DNA from: Candidatus Latescibacterota bacterium | GTDB taxonomy: Bacteria; Latescibacterota; UBA2968; GCA-2709665 | Direction of reading: 5' to 3' | Assembly (NCBI GenBank): GCA_965237675.1 | Contig: OZ250150.1 | Coordinates: 1,408,001 to 1,472,000 of the forward strand | DNA length: 64,000 nt | Part shown: piece by piece, positions 47,445 to 58,044 of the stretch | How positions within the stretch are numbered: position 1 is the first letter of the stretch | Layout of the letters: every line of letters starts with the position of its first letter | The notes under the pieces: model-generated | What the model saw: only the letters and a program-made list of their open reading frames with translations | Databases searched by the model: none | Told to the model about the DNA's origin: nothing | Translations under genes and position numbers: made by a program

Positions 47445-49049
47445 ATGTTTGGAAGTTTTCGCAGCGTGTTCTTGTTGGCGCTTTCCGCAGGCTTGACCTG
47501 GGGATGCGGCAGCGAACGCCTGACAACGTCGCACGTCCCCGAGGCAGGGGACCGCACCGGCCAACCCCTCGGTAAACTGGCCCTCAATGGGATGGCGCGG
47601 GCCGTGGTCGTTGCCCGCGTCCAGGAGGGTGAGACGCCCGTAAGCGGGGCAACCGTCGAGTTCGCGCGTTCCGTTTCAGGTCGGGCTCCGAATTATGAGT
47701 GGTCGGGCACAACCGATGCGCAAGGCCTGGCGCGGGTAGAAATTGAGGGTACCGGTTACTATCGGGCGCGCGCAATGATGGACGGAAGCGTCCTGGGGTC
47801 GTGGTCGAGCATACCCATTAACGGTGACTACGATGTAATGCTCGACTTGCCCATTGGCGGAAGTGCGCGCGTGACGGGTTCATCCCTTCGTGGCGTCGTC
47901 ACGATTGGCGAAGGCGAGGCCGTTCAGATCCGTACATTGCTATCGCACACCGTTGTGCCCGGGCTTGCCGACGCATCGCGGTACAGCATCGAGTTAGCTG
48001 TCCGGGACTTCGGCGCCATTCACGGTCACGAGATCGAACTAGGTGCGGCTATAGACGCCATGTGTTCGGCTGCCGGCGGACGTACGGGTGCCGAGCAGAT
48101 CCTCAACGACCTGCGGGTCGTCGGCGTCATTGGTACGAACTGTTCGGGCGCGGCCGTGGCGGCCTCACCGCTGCTGAGCGAAGCGGGGTTGGTCACGATC
48201 TCGCCGTCCAACACTGCGCCTGCGCTCACGTCCGACCTCGCCGGCAATGCGGGTCCCAACTACCATCCGGGCTATTTCCGCACGTCTAACAACGACCTCT
48301 ACGAGGCGAACGCAGTCGCCGATTTCGCCTATAATGAATTGGGCCTGAGGCGTTTCGTGACGATTGACGACGGCGACCCGTACACCATGGGCCTCACCGT
48401 CGCCTTCGGCAATGCGTTCCGCGCTCTCGGCGGTGAAGTAGCAGTCGCTGCCAGGATCGAGAAGGGCGCAACGGACATGGCGGACATCCTCGCGGAATTC
48501 ACGGAAGCCGGGCCGGACGGCATCTTCTTCCCGCTCTTCGATATCGAAGGCGCTCCCTTCGCCGCGCAGGTGAAGGAGTCCGAAGACCTGAAGGATGCGA
48601 CGCTTATCACGAGTTCAGCCCTTCTCCTGTCGGAGTTTCTCGCCATGCCGCAGTCAGAGGGGATCTACTTTGCCGGCCCGGAGCCGGTGGAGGGTTCAAA
48701 CGTCAACGATGCCACCGGCAAGAGTGTCGACGAGGTGCTCGCCGCGTACGCAGCCACGTACGGCGGGATTCCGAACACGGTCTACTGGGCGCATTCATAC
48801 GATGCCACAACGCTGCTGCTCAGCGCCATACAGTCTGTCGCAAGGGCCGACGGCGGGAAGGTGCATATCGATCGTGACGCGTTGCGCAAGGTGCTCCACA
48901 CTGCGTCCGGCTTTCAGGGTCTGCTCGGTACGCTCACCTGCGACGAATTCGGAGACTGCGGCACCGGACGCATAAACATCTATCACCACACGGACACGAG
49001 CATCACGGATCCCGCCCAATTGACGGTCGTCTATCGGTTCACGCCATGA
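47445..49049 (+). CDS. Lipoprotein: Ig-like domain plus LivJ-type solute-binding domain
   Basis: Lipobox TWGC; VIGTNCSGAAVAA, ISPSNT and YDATTLLL motifs. Confidence 0.85.
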   Translation: MFGSFRSVFLLALSAGLTWGCGSERLTTSHVPEAGDRTGQPLGKLALNGMARAVVVARVQEGETPVSGATVEFARSVSGRAPNYEWSGTTDAQGLARVEIEGTGYYRARAMMDGSVLGSWSSIPINGDYDVMLDLPIGGSARVTGSSLRGVVTIGEGEAVQIRTLLSHTVVPGLADASRYSIELAVRDFGAIHGHEIELGAAIDAMCSAAGGRTGAEQILNDLRVVGVIGTNCSGAAVAASPLLSEAGLVTISPSNTAPALTSDLAGNAGPNYHPGYFRTSNNDLYEANAVADFAYNELGLRRFVTIDDGDPYTMGLTVAFGNAFRALGGEVAVAARIEKGATDMADILAEFTEAGPDGIFFPLFDIEGAPFAAQVKESEDLKDATLITSSALLLSEFLAMPQSEGIYFAGPEPVEGSNVNDATGKSVDEVLAAYAATYGGIPNTVYWAHSYDATTLLLSAIQSVARADGGKVHIDRDALRKVLHTASGFQGLLGTLTCDEFGDCGTGRINIYHHTDTSITDPAQLTVVYRFTP

Positions 49050-49490
49050 CGCGATGTCCGGTGCTCCGGATTTGGATTCGACTCCGGACTCGTTCTCTTC
49101 CGATGCCAACGGAGACGCGGCGTATGACCCGATTGTAGTGATTGTCCTGGACGGTGAATTCCAGATGTTTGAGTGATCGCTTTGCGGAAGTCTCCGCCAG
49201 GTGGGACGTATTTATCCAAAATGACAGGCAGTTTTCACTGCCTGTCATTTTGGGGTCTGGCTGGATGTGTGCCAATGCCACGTCTTTCGCATTTCCGCAA
49301 ACGACTGTATCATTCACCGGCATTTACCGAATTGTTGAGGAGGCCCGGTATGTATCGTAGTATCCGAAGTGTGTCGGAAGTCCATTCGGCCGGATTGGGT
49401 TGTTTTGGAAATCACAGGTAGGCCCGTAAGGCGATCTGCTTGGTTTTCATGTTTGTTTCGCCGGTAACATCCAGAAAGGAGGGACTCGCT

Positions 49491-51101
49491 ATGTACAGCA
49501 GAATTCGCAGTGTGTTTGTGCTGGTGTTTGCCGCGAGCGTGACTTGGGGCTGTGGCGGTGAACGCGTGACAACGTCGCAGATGCCAGAGGCCGAGGGACA
49601 GATGCCACCGCCGCTGGGCAAACTGGCTGCCGGTGGAAGCATGACGCCTGCCCTCGTCGTGGCCAGGGTACTGCAGGGTCAGACCCCACTGAGCGGTGTC
49701 AACGTGGCGTTCGCACGTTCCATTTCCGGGCGCACGGCGAACTACGAGTCGTCGGGCGCCACCGACACGAACGGCCTGGCGCAGGTGGAAATCGAGTCCG
49801 GCAGCGGCTATTATCAGGCCCTGGCGACGAGGGACGGGAACCAGGTCGGTTCCTGGTCGAGCATACCCATTAATGCAGGCTACGAAGTGATGCTCGACCT
49901 GCCCGCTGGCGGCAGGGCGCGCCTGACGGGTTCATCCGTGCGGGTCCTGGTTACGATTGACGAGGGCGAGGCCGTCCATATCCGTTCTTTGCTCACACAG
50001 ACCATCGCGGCGTCGCTCGGCGTGCCGTCGCGTAACGCCGTTGAACTTGCCGTTCGGGACTACGGGACGATACACGGTCACCCGGTCGAACTCGGCGAGG
50101 ACGTAGACGGAATGTGCGGGCCGGAAGGCGGACGCATGGGCGCCGAGCAGATTGTCGCCGACCCGCGCGTGCTCGGCGTTATCGGCACCTCGTGCTCCGG
50201 CGCTGCGGTGGCGGCTTCGCCGGTGATCAGTGCGGCGGGTCTCGTGATGATCTCGCCGTCCAATACCTCGCCCGCACTCACATCCGACCTTGCCGGCAAC
50301 GCAAGTTCCGACTATCGCCCCGGCTATTTTCGCGTTGCGGTAAACGATCTTTACCAGGCGCGGGCCGTTGCAGACTTCGCATACAATGAATTGGGCCTGC
50401 GGCGCATGGCGGCGATCGACGATGGCGACCCGTACACCATGGGTCTGACCATCGCGTTTGGCGACGCGTTCAGCGCCCTTGGCGGTGTGGTCGCGGCCAC
50501 TGCCCGGATCGAGAAGGGCGAAACCGATATGATCACCGTCCTTACAACATTCGCGGAAGCCGGGCCGGACGGCATCTTCTTCTCGCTTTTCGACGAGGAA
50601 GGAATACCCTTCGCGAAGCAGGCGAAGGAATTCGACGGACTGGAAGGCGTGACACTCATCACGGGCGCGGCCCTCCTGGATTCGGAGTTCCTCGCCACCC
50701 CGCAGTCGGAAGGCGTCTATGCGGCTGGCCCGGAGGCGGATCTGGGCACAAATGTGAATGCCGTAACGGGCAAGAGCGTGGACGAAGCGCTGGCCGCCTA
50801 TGAAGCCGCGTACGGCGGGATTCCAGGCACACCGTACTGGGCGCACTCTTACGACGCCACAACGCTGCTGCTCAGCGCCATCGAGTCCGTTTCGAGGCAG
50901 GATGGCGGACAGCTGATCGTAGACCGCAACGCGTTGCGCAGGGAACTCCATGCGACGTCCGGCTTTAAGGGCCTCGTCGGCACGCTTTCCTGCGACGAAT
51001 TCGGAGACTGCGGCACCGGCCGAATCAACATATACCATCACACGGATCCGAGCATCACGGATCCCGCCCAATTGAACGTCGTCTATCGATTCGTGCCGTG
51101 A
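49491..51101 (+). CDS. Tandem paralog: Ig-like plus LivJ-type solute-binding lipoprotein
   Basis: Colinear with 47445-49049; both end CDEFGDCGTGRINIYHHTD. Confidence 0.85.
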   Translation: MYSRIRSVFVLVFAASVTWGCGGERVTTSQMPEAEGQMPPPLGKLAAGGSMTPALVVARVLQGQTPLSGVNVAFARSISGRTANYESSGATDTNGLAQVEIESGSGYYQALATRDGNQVGSWSSIPINAGYEVMLDLPAGGRARLTGSSVRVLVTIDEGEAVHIRSLLTQTIAASLGVPSRNAVELAVRDYGTIHGHPVELGEDVDGMCGPEGGRMGAEQIVADPRVLGVIGTSCSGAAVAASPVISAAGLVMISPSNTSPALTSDLAGNASSDYRPGYFRVAVNDLYQARAVADFAYNELGLRRMAAIDDGDPYTMGLTIAFGDAFSALGGVVAATARIEKGETDMITVLTTFAEAGPDGIFFSLFDEEGIPFAKQAKEFDGLEGVTLITGAALLDSEFLATPQSEGVYAAGPEADLGTNVNAVTGKSVDEALAAYEAAYGGIPGTPYWAHSYDATTLLLSAIESVSRQDGGQLIVDRNALRRELHATSGFKGLVGTLSCDEFGDCGTGRINIYHHTDPSITDPAQLNVVYRFVP

Positions 51102-51124
51102 AGCGCTTGGAAATCGCTCAATTG

Positions 51125-51563
51125 GCGGGAAACACGGGAACATCTATATTATCATTCTCTTCCGAGACGGTACCGTGGTCTTTCACGGAGATGACATAGG
51201 CGCGCGGGGCAAGAACATCTTCGCCGTCGAAGACGACAGGGGAACAAGGTTGTGCAAGAACTCATCGCGGCTGCGGGCAAGGGCGGAGGCTTTGTGGAAT
51301 ACTATTGGGACGATCCGGATCAAGAGGGCGTCGAGGACGATGCAAAAGTTGCCTACGCCGTCGGCTTTACTGGCAATATAACCGGGCAGGAGACGGTCAT
51401 CGTCAGCGGCTACTATCAGGATCTCTCAAAAGTCGGCCAGACGACGCTCGATCCGTCTGCCATTCCGATTCCCGCCGTCACAGCCTCCGAGGTCGTGGAC
51501 CGTGAGACGCTGAAGGCCTTTGTGAGAGGCGTTTTGCCGTCGTCCGAGCGAGGTCCCACGTAG
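51125..51563 (+). pseudogene. Cache-domain fragment, frameshifted near 51242
   Basis: GNIYIIILFRDGTVVFHG then GGGFVEYYWDDP...KVAYA in another frame. Confidence 0.65.
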
Positions 51564-51570
51564 GCAGCCG

Positions 51571-51957
51571 CTATCCGCCCATTTCCGCGATACGCCGGGC
51601 CATCCACTCTACGTACGCCTTACGGGTCATACCGCGCCTTCGCGCCTCGCTGTCGATGAAGGCTGCGACGCCTTCGTCCAGCGTCATATGGGCGCGTACG
51701 TTCCGGCCCGAGATGCGGATCAACGGGACGGACACAAGGGCCTGCCCGGTCGGAACGTCCACTTGCTCGAGAGCGCTGGGCAGCGCGATTGCCTCGCCGT
51801 CTTTTCCCGCCTCGATCATATAATCGCGAAGTGCTTCTTCGGCGTTTATCAACGCTGCGTCAACGGTGTTTCCCATGGCGACGACACCGGGGAGATCGGG
51901 AAACGTAACGCCGTAGGCGCCTTCTTCGCCATCGATCAGTGCGGGATATCGAGCCAT
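51571..51957 (-). CDS. hicB: HicB antitoxin
   Basis: YGVTFPDLPGVVAMGNTVDAALINAEEAL motif. Confidence 0.88.
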   Translation of the reverse strand: MARYPALIDGEEGAYGVTFPDLPGVVAMGNTVDAALINAEEALRDYMIEAGKDGEAIALPSALEQVDVPTGQALVSVPLIRISGRNVRAHMTLDEGVAAFIDSEARRRGMTRKAYVEWMARRIAEMGG

Positions 51958-51981
51958 ATGTGAGTCCTCCGTCGGAATCGA

Positions 51982-52170
51982 TTATTCCGGCCAGCCCGCC
52001 TTTCTCGCGATGGAGCGGGCAACGCCGGGAGATACTGTTCTGTGCCTTGGGAGAGTAATGATTCCCCTGATGCATGGGTGCCGATAGATGTCGTGACCGG
52101 AGCCGTGGCGCGCCAGGTACCACCCGTCCTTTTCCAGCAAGCGCCTGATCCGCTCCGTTCTGGTTTGCAT
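51982..52170 (-). CDS. hicA: HicA toxin
   Basis: LEKDGWYLARHGSGHDIYRHP and SIARKAGW motifs. Confidence 0.88.
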   Translation of the reverse strand: MQTRTERIRRLLEKDGWYLARHGSGHDIYRHPCIRGIITLPRHRTVSPGVARSIARKAGWPE

Positions 52171-52357
52171 TACCGCGCTTCCCTTCCGATATATATGCAC
52201 CTTTTCCAGGGAGGTGTCAACTCGTTTCGTGCAAATAAATGAACTTTTCGAGTGACGTGGCCAGGATTCCTATCCAAGAAGCGGTTACGTACAATTGACA
52301 ACGTGCAATTGTGGGCGGTGCGAAGGCGGTGTGAACGACACAAATAAACGGGTATAA

Positions 52358-52976
52358 ATGGCTGAACCCAACCGGCGAGACAAAGGAAACCGCGCCGTTG
52401 AGAATGAGGCGGGATCGGGCGAAATCGCGGACCTGCGGATGCCGCCCGAAATGATGCTCGACCTCGCGCGAAGGGCGGCGGGATTCAACACCAACGTGTG
52501 CACATGGCTGGTTGCCAGCGGCCCGAGCCAACTTGAACTGGTGGTAATCGACTGGCTGTGTCGCTGGATTGGCTATCCGGACGGTGCGGGCGGCCTGCTC
52601 ACGAGCGGGGGTTCGGCCGCCCGCCGCGACGCGTTTGTTCCGGCGCGCCGTGTCGAAGGGAATCGAGCTTGCCGCCCGTGCCGGGGAATACGTGGAAGCC
52701 AGCCGGAACCTGGAACTGTTGACGCCGGTGTCACTGGGAATTGTGTGTTTCCGTGTCAATCCTTGTGACGGCGACCTGGACGAGGCCGCCCTGGAAGAAA
52801 TCAACAAGAAGGTGCTGGCGCGCGTGTTCTGGGAAGATCGCGCGTTTTTCTCGTCAACGCTTCTTCACGGGACGTTTTCGCTTCGGTTTTGCATCATCAA
52901 CCATAACACGACGTGGGACGACGTGCGGGAAACCCTGGAGACCGCCGAAGGGTTCGGGATGGCGGCGTTTCGATAG
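52358..52976 (+). pseudogene. PLP-dependent (group II) decarboxylase with large internal deletions
   Basis: LELVVIDWLCRWIG..GLLTSGGS joined out of frame to LGIVCFR..LRFCIINHNT; catalytic core absent. Confidence 0.8.
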
Positions 52977-53090
52977 AAAACGAGGGTGCGGCGGGATGTG
53001 CGCCATCTGGTAGACAGCCGTCAATCTGACCGACCGGCGACGGACCGGTACGATCGCGCAAGCGACCGGTGGCCGGTCGAGTTGCGAATG

Positions 53091-53791
53091 TTACGGATAC
53101 AGCGGCGCCAGTTCACGGTTTATCAATTCAGTTTGTTGAGGATATTTGTCCTTTGCTATTTGAATAATCCGGCCGCTTCTGGCGTTTTCAATAAACTGTC
53201 GGGTTGTCAGATTCAGACCTCTCGTACATCGGTAAGCAACGGCGGTTCTGCGGACCCCCAATTTTTCCGCAACCATCTGGAAAGCCTCCAAATGGCTTTT
53301 CCCCTTTTTCATTTGTTGTAGAACCGGAATCAGGCAATCCTCAAGGTTGTCATATCCTCTTGCGTACGTCTTGGGCCCGTTGTTGCAGGGCGGCCCGACG
53401 ATCAGCGTCTCCCGCAGCAACAGGCGCATGACTTTGTTGCGCGCGCTCGTCAATATCGCCTGGTCATCATTGGCCTGGTTTTCCAGTTTAGCCAATTCCA
53501 TTCTCCAGGCGCCCAGTTCTGACCTTAGCATGCCTTCCCAATTGTAATACAAACGGCGTTCCTGCACCCGGCTCTCCGGCCGTTCCGTTTCCGACATGGC
53601 AGCTTTATATTCTTCGAACAGGGCATCCAATCCGCCGTCGTCTTTCAGTTCCGTTTCCCGCGCTTCAATTTTCGCAAGCAGTTCCCGCTTTCGCGCTTCG
53701 GTTGCCCGTTTAACGCTTCGCAGTTCCCGTTCAAGCAACTCATTGAACAGTTTGGCGATCTGATGGGCGAGTCCGTTTTCGGAAAACCGCA
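53091..53791 (-). CDS. Hypothetical protein (coiled-coil N-terminus, possible DNA-binding C-terminus)
   Basis: Long ORF with GGGAGG RBS before MRFSENG; no recognised family. Confidence 0.55.
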
Positions 53792-54450
53792 TAGTATCCC
53801 TCCCTATCGTCTTCATTACAAATCGAATTTCATAGTGGCTCCTTAACGGACAGATCGGCATCTAAACGAGGTCAGCGGAATTGCGGGCTGCCCGCCGTAT
53901 GGCCGCCATCGCCGCTGTGGTTATTTTCAATTCCGTTCCTGGTATGTGGGCGAATGACTGGCGTTACCGGCACTGAAGAAGCGACACCGTGCATCGGAGG
54001 GAGGGCTCTTGAATACGCGCAAAATCCGTGCCGATGCCGGGGTGGAATGCCAAACTATTGAAAATCAACATGTTATTCTTTAAGGAGACTGAATGGCGGC
54101 GGGCGGACGTGTCGCAGAATGCATCTCACAGGACACCCGGCGAAACGGGTCCAAACGCCGAAAAACGAAATAAATATAGATTAGTAAAGGAATTAAGTGA
54201 CAATTCGGAGATGAGGACAAGGATACGCCGCAATTTGCGACGCAAGTCACATTTTGCAACAGAGGTCGCCTGCGCCACGACATAGGCGCCGCAGGGCGAT
54301 GCGGAGGCTGGCTGGCTGTGAGCAGACGGATGAACGGCTTCTAACATCTTCCCGCCGGGGGGCGGCTGTCAACATTGACCGGGTTCGACGTATTCGATTA
54401 TTTCGCCACGCCTGAAAGATTGGTTTGAACTCACACACAGGAGGAGAAAC

Positions 54451-54966
54451 ATGAAGGGTCCCGGAATTGCAGCAGCAGTCGTTGCAGGAATCGCCATCGG
54501 CGTTATCGCCGTCGCCCACGAGGACCGCGACAAGGGTTCGGGGTCCGAATCCACGGCGTTCACCGCGACCACACCGATCCTGAACGTGGGAAGTGTCGAA
54601 GCGAGCATCCAGCACTACACCTCGGTTCTCGGCTTCAAAAAGGACTGGGATTGGCCTGCCAAGGAAGAGGACAAGACCTTTGCTTCTATTTCAAATGGCG
54701 ACGTGCACATCTTTCTCGCCGAAAATGCGCAGGGTGCCCGACCTGTGTGGATTTACTATAGCGTTGGTGATGTTGACGAGTTGCACGAGGAGTACGCGAA
54801 GGCGGGGGCGGACATAAGGGAGAAGCCCGCTGACCAGCCCTGGGGTGCGCGGGAAATGCTGGTTGCGGACATGGATGGCCATGTTCTGCGCATCGGCGGG
54901 CCGAGCAAGAAAGAGCACGGTGAGGGTAAGGAAAAACACGGTGAGACCGAGGAAGGGCACCATTAG
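54451..54966 (+). CDS. Secreted VOC/glyoxalase/bleomycin-resistance family protein
   Basis: SIQHYTSVLGF and QPWGAREMLVADMDGHVLRIG motifs; AGGAG RBS. Confidence 0.88.
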   Translation: MKGPGIAAAVVAGIAIGVIAVAHEDRDKGSGSESTAFTATTPILNVGSVEASIQHYTSVLGFKKDWDWPAKEEDKTFASISNGDVHIFLAENAQGARPVWIYYSVGDVDELHEEYAKAGADIREKPADQPWGAREMLVADMDGHVLRIGGPSKKEHGEGKEKHGETEEGHH

Positions 54967-54995
54967 AGCGATAAGCAGGCGCGTGTAGAAGGGGA

Positions 54996-55330
54996 ATGTT
55001 AGAATCTTTACTGCCCCTCTCCCGTCATCTCACATTTTTTATTTTTTTACGCCCTTTTTCTTTCTCGCCAAAGAAAAAGGGCCAAAAAGAACGGCGTTGC
55101 TCAGACGCCGCAGGGCTGGTTTTTCCACGAATCTCTCCAGTAAATGGAACGTGAGACTGTGCCCTGAGACCCACAAAGCATGCACGCGACGGCGGTGCTG
55201 AACGGATCAGCGCGGAAAAACCCCCAACCCCCAGACCGTTCGTGTGACAGGAGAACCTATGAAGCCGGGGGCTATTCCGCGCCGTCGTTGCATTTGTAGG
55301 GGCAGCACTTAGGTTTGCCCACGTCACGGC
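54996..55330. repeat. Structured non-coding repeat (family B), copy 1
   Basis: 13-bp stem at 55051-55082 and conserved blocks shared with 63030-63345 and 63829-64000. Confidence 0.75.
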
Positions 55331-55448
55331 GCAAATATCGCTGGTTGACATCGCCGGTCCGTATCGCTAACCGGTGTTGGCTGACCGCTATCTGCTGACG
55401 GCTGCTTTACCCCGCCGGGCGGTCCTCTTGCTTCTCCCGTCTTCCGTC

Positions 55449-55477
55449 TTGCCTTCGTTTTTGAAATAGTTTATCTT
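55449..55477 (+). promoter_or_regulatory. Candidate promoter of the Phd/VapC operon
   Basis: TTGCCT-17 bp-TATCTT. Confidence 0.4.
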
Positions 55478-55500
55478 AAGTTAATCTCTAGAAAGGATCC

Positions 55501-55749
55501 GTGATGCCAGAGATAATCAACGCCAAACAGCTGCGAGCGCGTTTGAAGGAGGTCGTCGCAAAGGTGCGGCACGGTGAGCGCTTTACGGTCCTGTATCGCA
55601 GTCGTCCGGCTTTTGACATCGTCCCCGTTGGCAGTCCAACGATGGGAAGCACGCCGCTCGAATCCGATTCACTCTACCAGGCCCCGCCCGTAGGCGCATC
55701 GGAATCGGGAGACGTTGCCGCACGGCATGACGAGGTGTTGTACCGGTGA
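55501..55749 (+). CDS. Phd/YefM-family antitoxin
   Basis: INAKQLRARLKEVVAKVRHGERFTVLYRSRP motif. Confidence 0.85.
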   Translation: MMPEIINAKQLRARLKEVVAKVRHGERFTVLYRSRPAFDIVPVGSPTMGSTPLESDSLYQAPPVGASESGDVAARHDEVLYR

Positions 55750-56153
55750 AAGAAATGTTCGCGGATACCGCGGGATGGGTTGCGGCGGCGGATAGCCGCG
55801 ATGCGAAGGGCTCAGCAGTACGGGAAGCGCGGGACCGCTGGCTGTCGTCCGGAGGCCTGTTGACGACGACCGACTACGTCATCGACGAGACGCTCACGAC
55901 CATCCGGTTCCGTCTTGGTCTCGATGCCGCCGAGGCCTGGTGGGTGCAAATCGACGGCTCATCCCGTCTGAGGATCGAGTCCATCGACGAAACGCGAAGA
56001 GAACGGGCGCGGTCACTCTTCTTCGGATATCGGGACAAGAAATTCTCCTTTACGGATTGCTGCAGCTTCGTTCTCATGCGAGAGTTGCGAATACAACGGG
56101 TGTTGACGCTGGACCATCATTTCCTACAGATGGGGTTTGAGGTAATTCCATGA
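55746..56153 (+). CDS. vapC: VapC PIN toxin
   Basis: FADTAGW, VIDET, SFTDCCSF and TLDHHF motifs. Confidence 0.9.
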   Translation: MKEMFADTAGWVAAADSRDAKGSAVREARDRWLSSGGLLTTTDYVIDETLTTIRFRLGLDAAEAWWVQIDGSSRLRIESIDETRRERARSLFFGYRDKKFSFTDCCSFVLMRELRIQRVLTLDHHFLQMGFEVIP

Positions 56154-56534
56154 ACCGGCTAGACGTAAGAGGGTAGAGGTGAGACGCGGAAAAATTCCCA
56201 ACAACAGCGGGCGGGTGAGAGGTAAGACCTGTGGGGACGTGAGAAAACCGGACCCATGGAACGGCCTGGAATTGAGTTGGCATTCGCACGAGTGTTTCGT
56301 AACAAGTGGACTCACCAGTTCGACCATCACATCTAAGGCGCTATTGTCGAGATCACATTGAAAGCGACCTCAAGGAAGCCCTCTTGCCGTCGTTTTTTTC
56401 TTGCCATTATCCCCCATTTCCGCGATCATATAGTTGGTTGCCTGCTGACGGCACGCGTCCTCAATGAAACATTCGGTATACTTGAATGTAAGCAAACTCA
56501 ATCCGTCTCCAACCCTTCATCGAAGGGCTGCACA

Positions 56535-56759
56535 ATGCCGATCATGCTCTCCAAAACCTACGCAGCCTTTGTCGCCGCGGGCACTCCGGACGCGCACGCC
56601 CGCGAAGCCGCCGAAGAAATCGCAGACTTCGAACACCGCCTAACGGGTATAGAGTCCCGCCTGCAGAACATCGAAGGCGACATCAGGCTTGTGAAGTGGA
56701 TGCTTGGTGTTGTCCTGGCATGTGTCGCCATTCCGCTGGTAAAGTCGTTGATCGGCTAA
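56535..56759 (+). CDS. Small coiled-coil protein with C-terminal TM helix (DUF1640-like)
   Basis: TYAAFVAAG..AREAAEEIA...IRLVKWMLG pattern. Confidence 0.65.
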   Translation: MPIMLSKTYAAFVAAGTPDAHAREAAEEIADFEHRLTGIESRLQNIEGDIRLVKWMLGVVLACVAIPLVKSLIG

Positions 56760-57346
56760 ACCCATCCGCCTGTGGTGCCCGCCTGTTGGTAGACAAGTGC
56801 CCGGCATTGCAGGCAGTTCTACCGTGCGCCCTCCAATAATTGTGCCCGATCGCAAGGCGTCGCGCAATTAACACCACCACCGAACCCCTCGAAGTTCGCG
56901 CCCCTTCTGCTGGCCTCCCTTCCGGTGCCCGTACACTCCCGCCATATACAACTAATTCCGCAATCATACTGATCGCCTGCCCTGTTAGATTCGGAGTGTA
57001 GGTTGTCTCTCCCCGAATCTTACTGATAGAGGCGTTTTTGCATCTTAGTCGGAGTGTCTCAGTGGATGTCGTCACACGTTTGTGCTCAGCCAATCGTCTT
57101 CTGGGTTATCCGACTCTTGCATTTGTATCACTTCGCGGATTTCGTCTCGAAGCTCTTCATTGTCATTTTTCATTATATGTCTCCTGACATTCCAGCTTAA
57201 GTACCGGAATCGAAATGCATTGGAGAAGCCTCTGCGAAGAAGATCAACGCCAATACCCGTAACTCGCGGGGTTGTTTATCGGTATTTTTCGTTTCTTCAC
57301 TCAATTCTCTTCGGGCTGTAGTCGTCCCGCATGTAGTCAACAGGCC

Positions 57347-57511
57347 TAACAGCCCGTTGAAAAAGTCCATCCGGGCTGCATCCGGCCCTTGTGGCCGAAT
57401 TACTGCGTTGCACTCCCTCTCCGAATCCCCGATTCGACGCGGTCGCGCGCCTTGTCTTCGGCCACAATGACTCGGCCTCGCCTGCAGAGCGACTTTTTCA
57501 ACGGACTGCTA
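57347..57511. mobile_element. MITE (family C), full copy with TA ends
   Basis: TAACAGCCCGTTGAAAAAGTC / GACTTTTTCAACGGACTGCTA; removal restores the host reading frame. Confidence 0.85.
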
Positions 57512-58044
57512 AGGCCGTTATCAATGAGACTGTGGTTTCCTCGTGCACGTATCCATGCACGCACACATTTCAGCAAATTGCCGACGTTCTGAAGACTTGA
57601 GACCTCAAAGATCATGTGTTTCTGAAAGAGGAAGCCGAAGTGCTCCTGTAAAACAGCGCTGATAAGATGCATGATGTCATCGATTTCATCGTTGCTCAAC
57701 GGATAATCCGTTTGAATTGACTTCGTTTCGTCGAATTACTTTTTGTCCATATGGGCTATCGTTTTGTCCCTGTGCGCCTTGATTCGATCAATGACATCTT
57801 TCTGAGCTTCCAGTTGGGCAATCTGATCATCAATTGTGGCGCGATACTCTTGGGGTTGGATGGGTTCGTAGTCAGAATGGGTTGCATTGTAGCGAGTTGG
57901 CTTCATTGATGCTGCGTGCTCCTTCGCTTTTCTCAGCCAGTCAAGCAGCGATCTGTCCTCTGCCTCCGACAGGAACATTGACATTTCGACCAGGACTATT
58001 CGCGAAATGCTGTAGGTGGCAAGCTGAAAGAAGTAATGACCTAG

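Noticed and set aside
54339-55004. Glyoxalase gene flanked by TTCTAACAT/ATGTTAGAA as a cassette
   Set aside because: The orientation is inside-out for a cassette, no attC stem is present, and the right arm belongs to repeat family B.
56940-57177. Possible gene remnant MKNDNEELRDEIRE...
   Set aside because: Short, interrupted and without a recognisable family.
33302-57738. Stop-codon recoding to explain the in-frame stops
   Set aside because: The three cases use TGA, TAG and TAA, and all three codons end normal genes here; decay or error is simpler.
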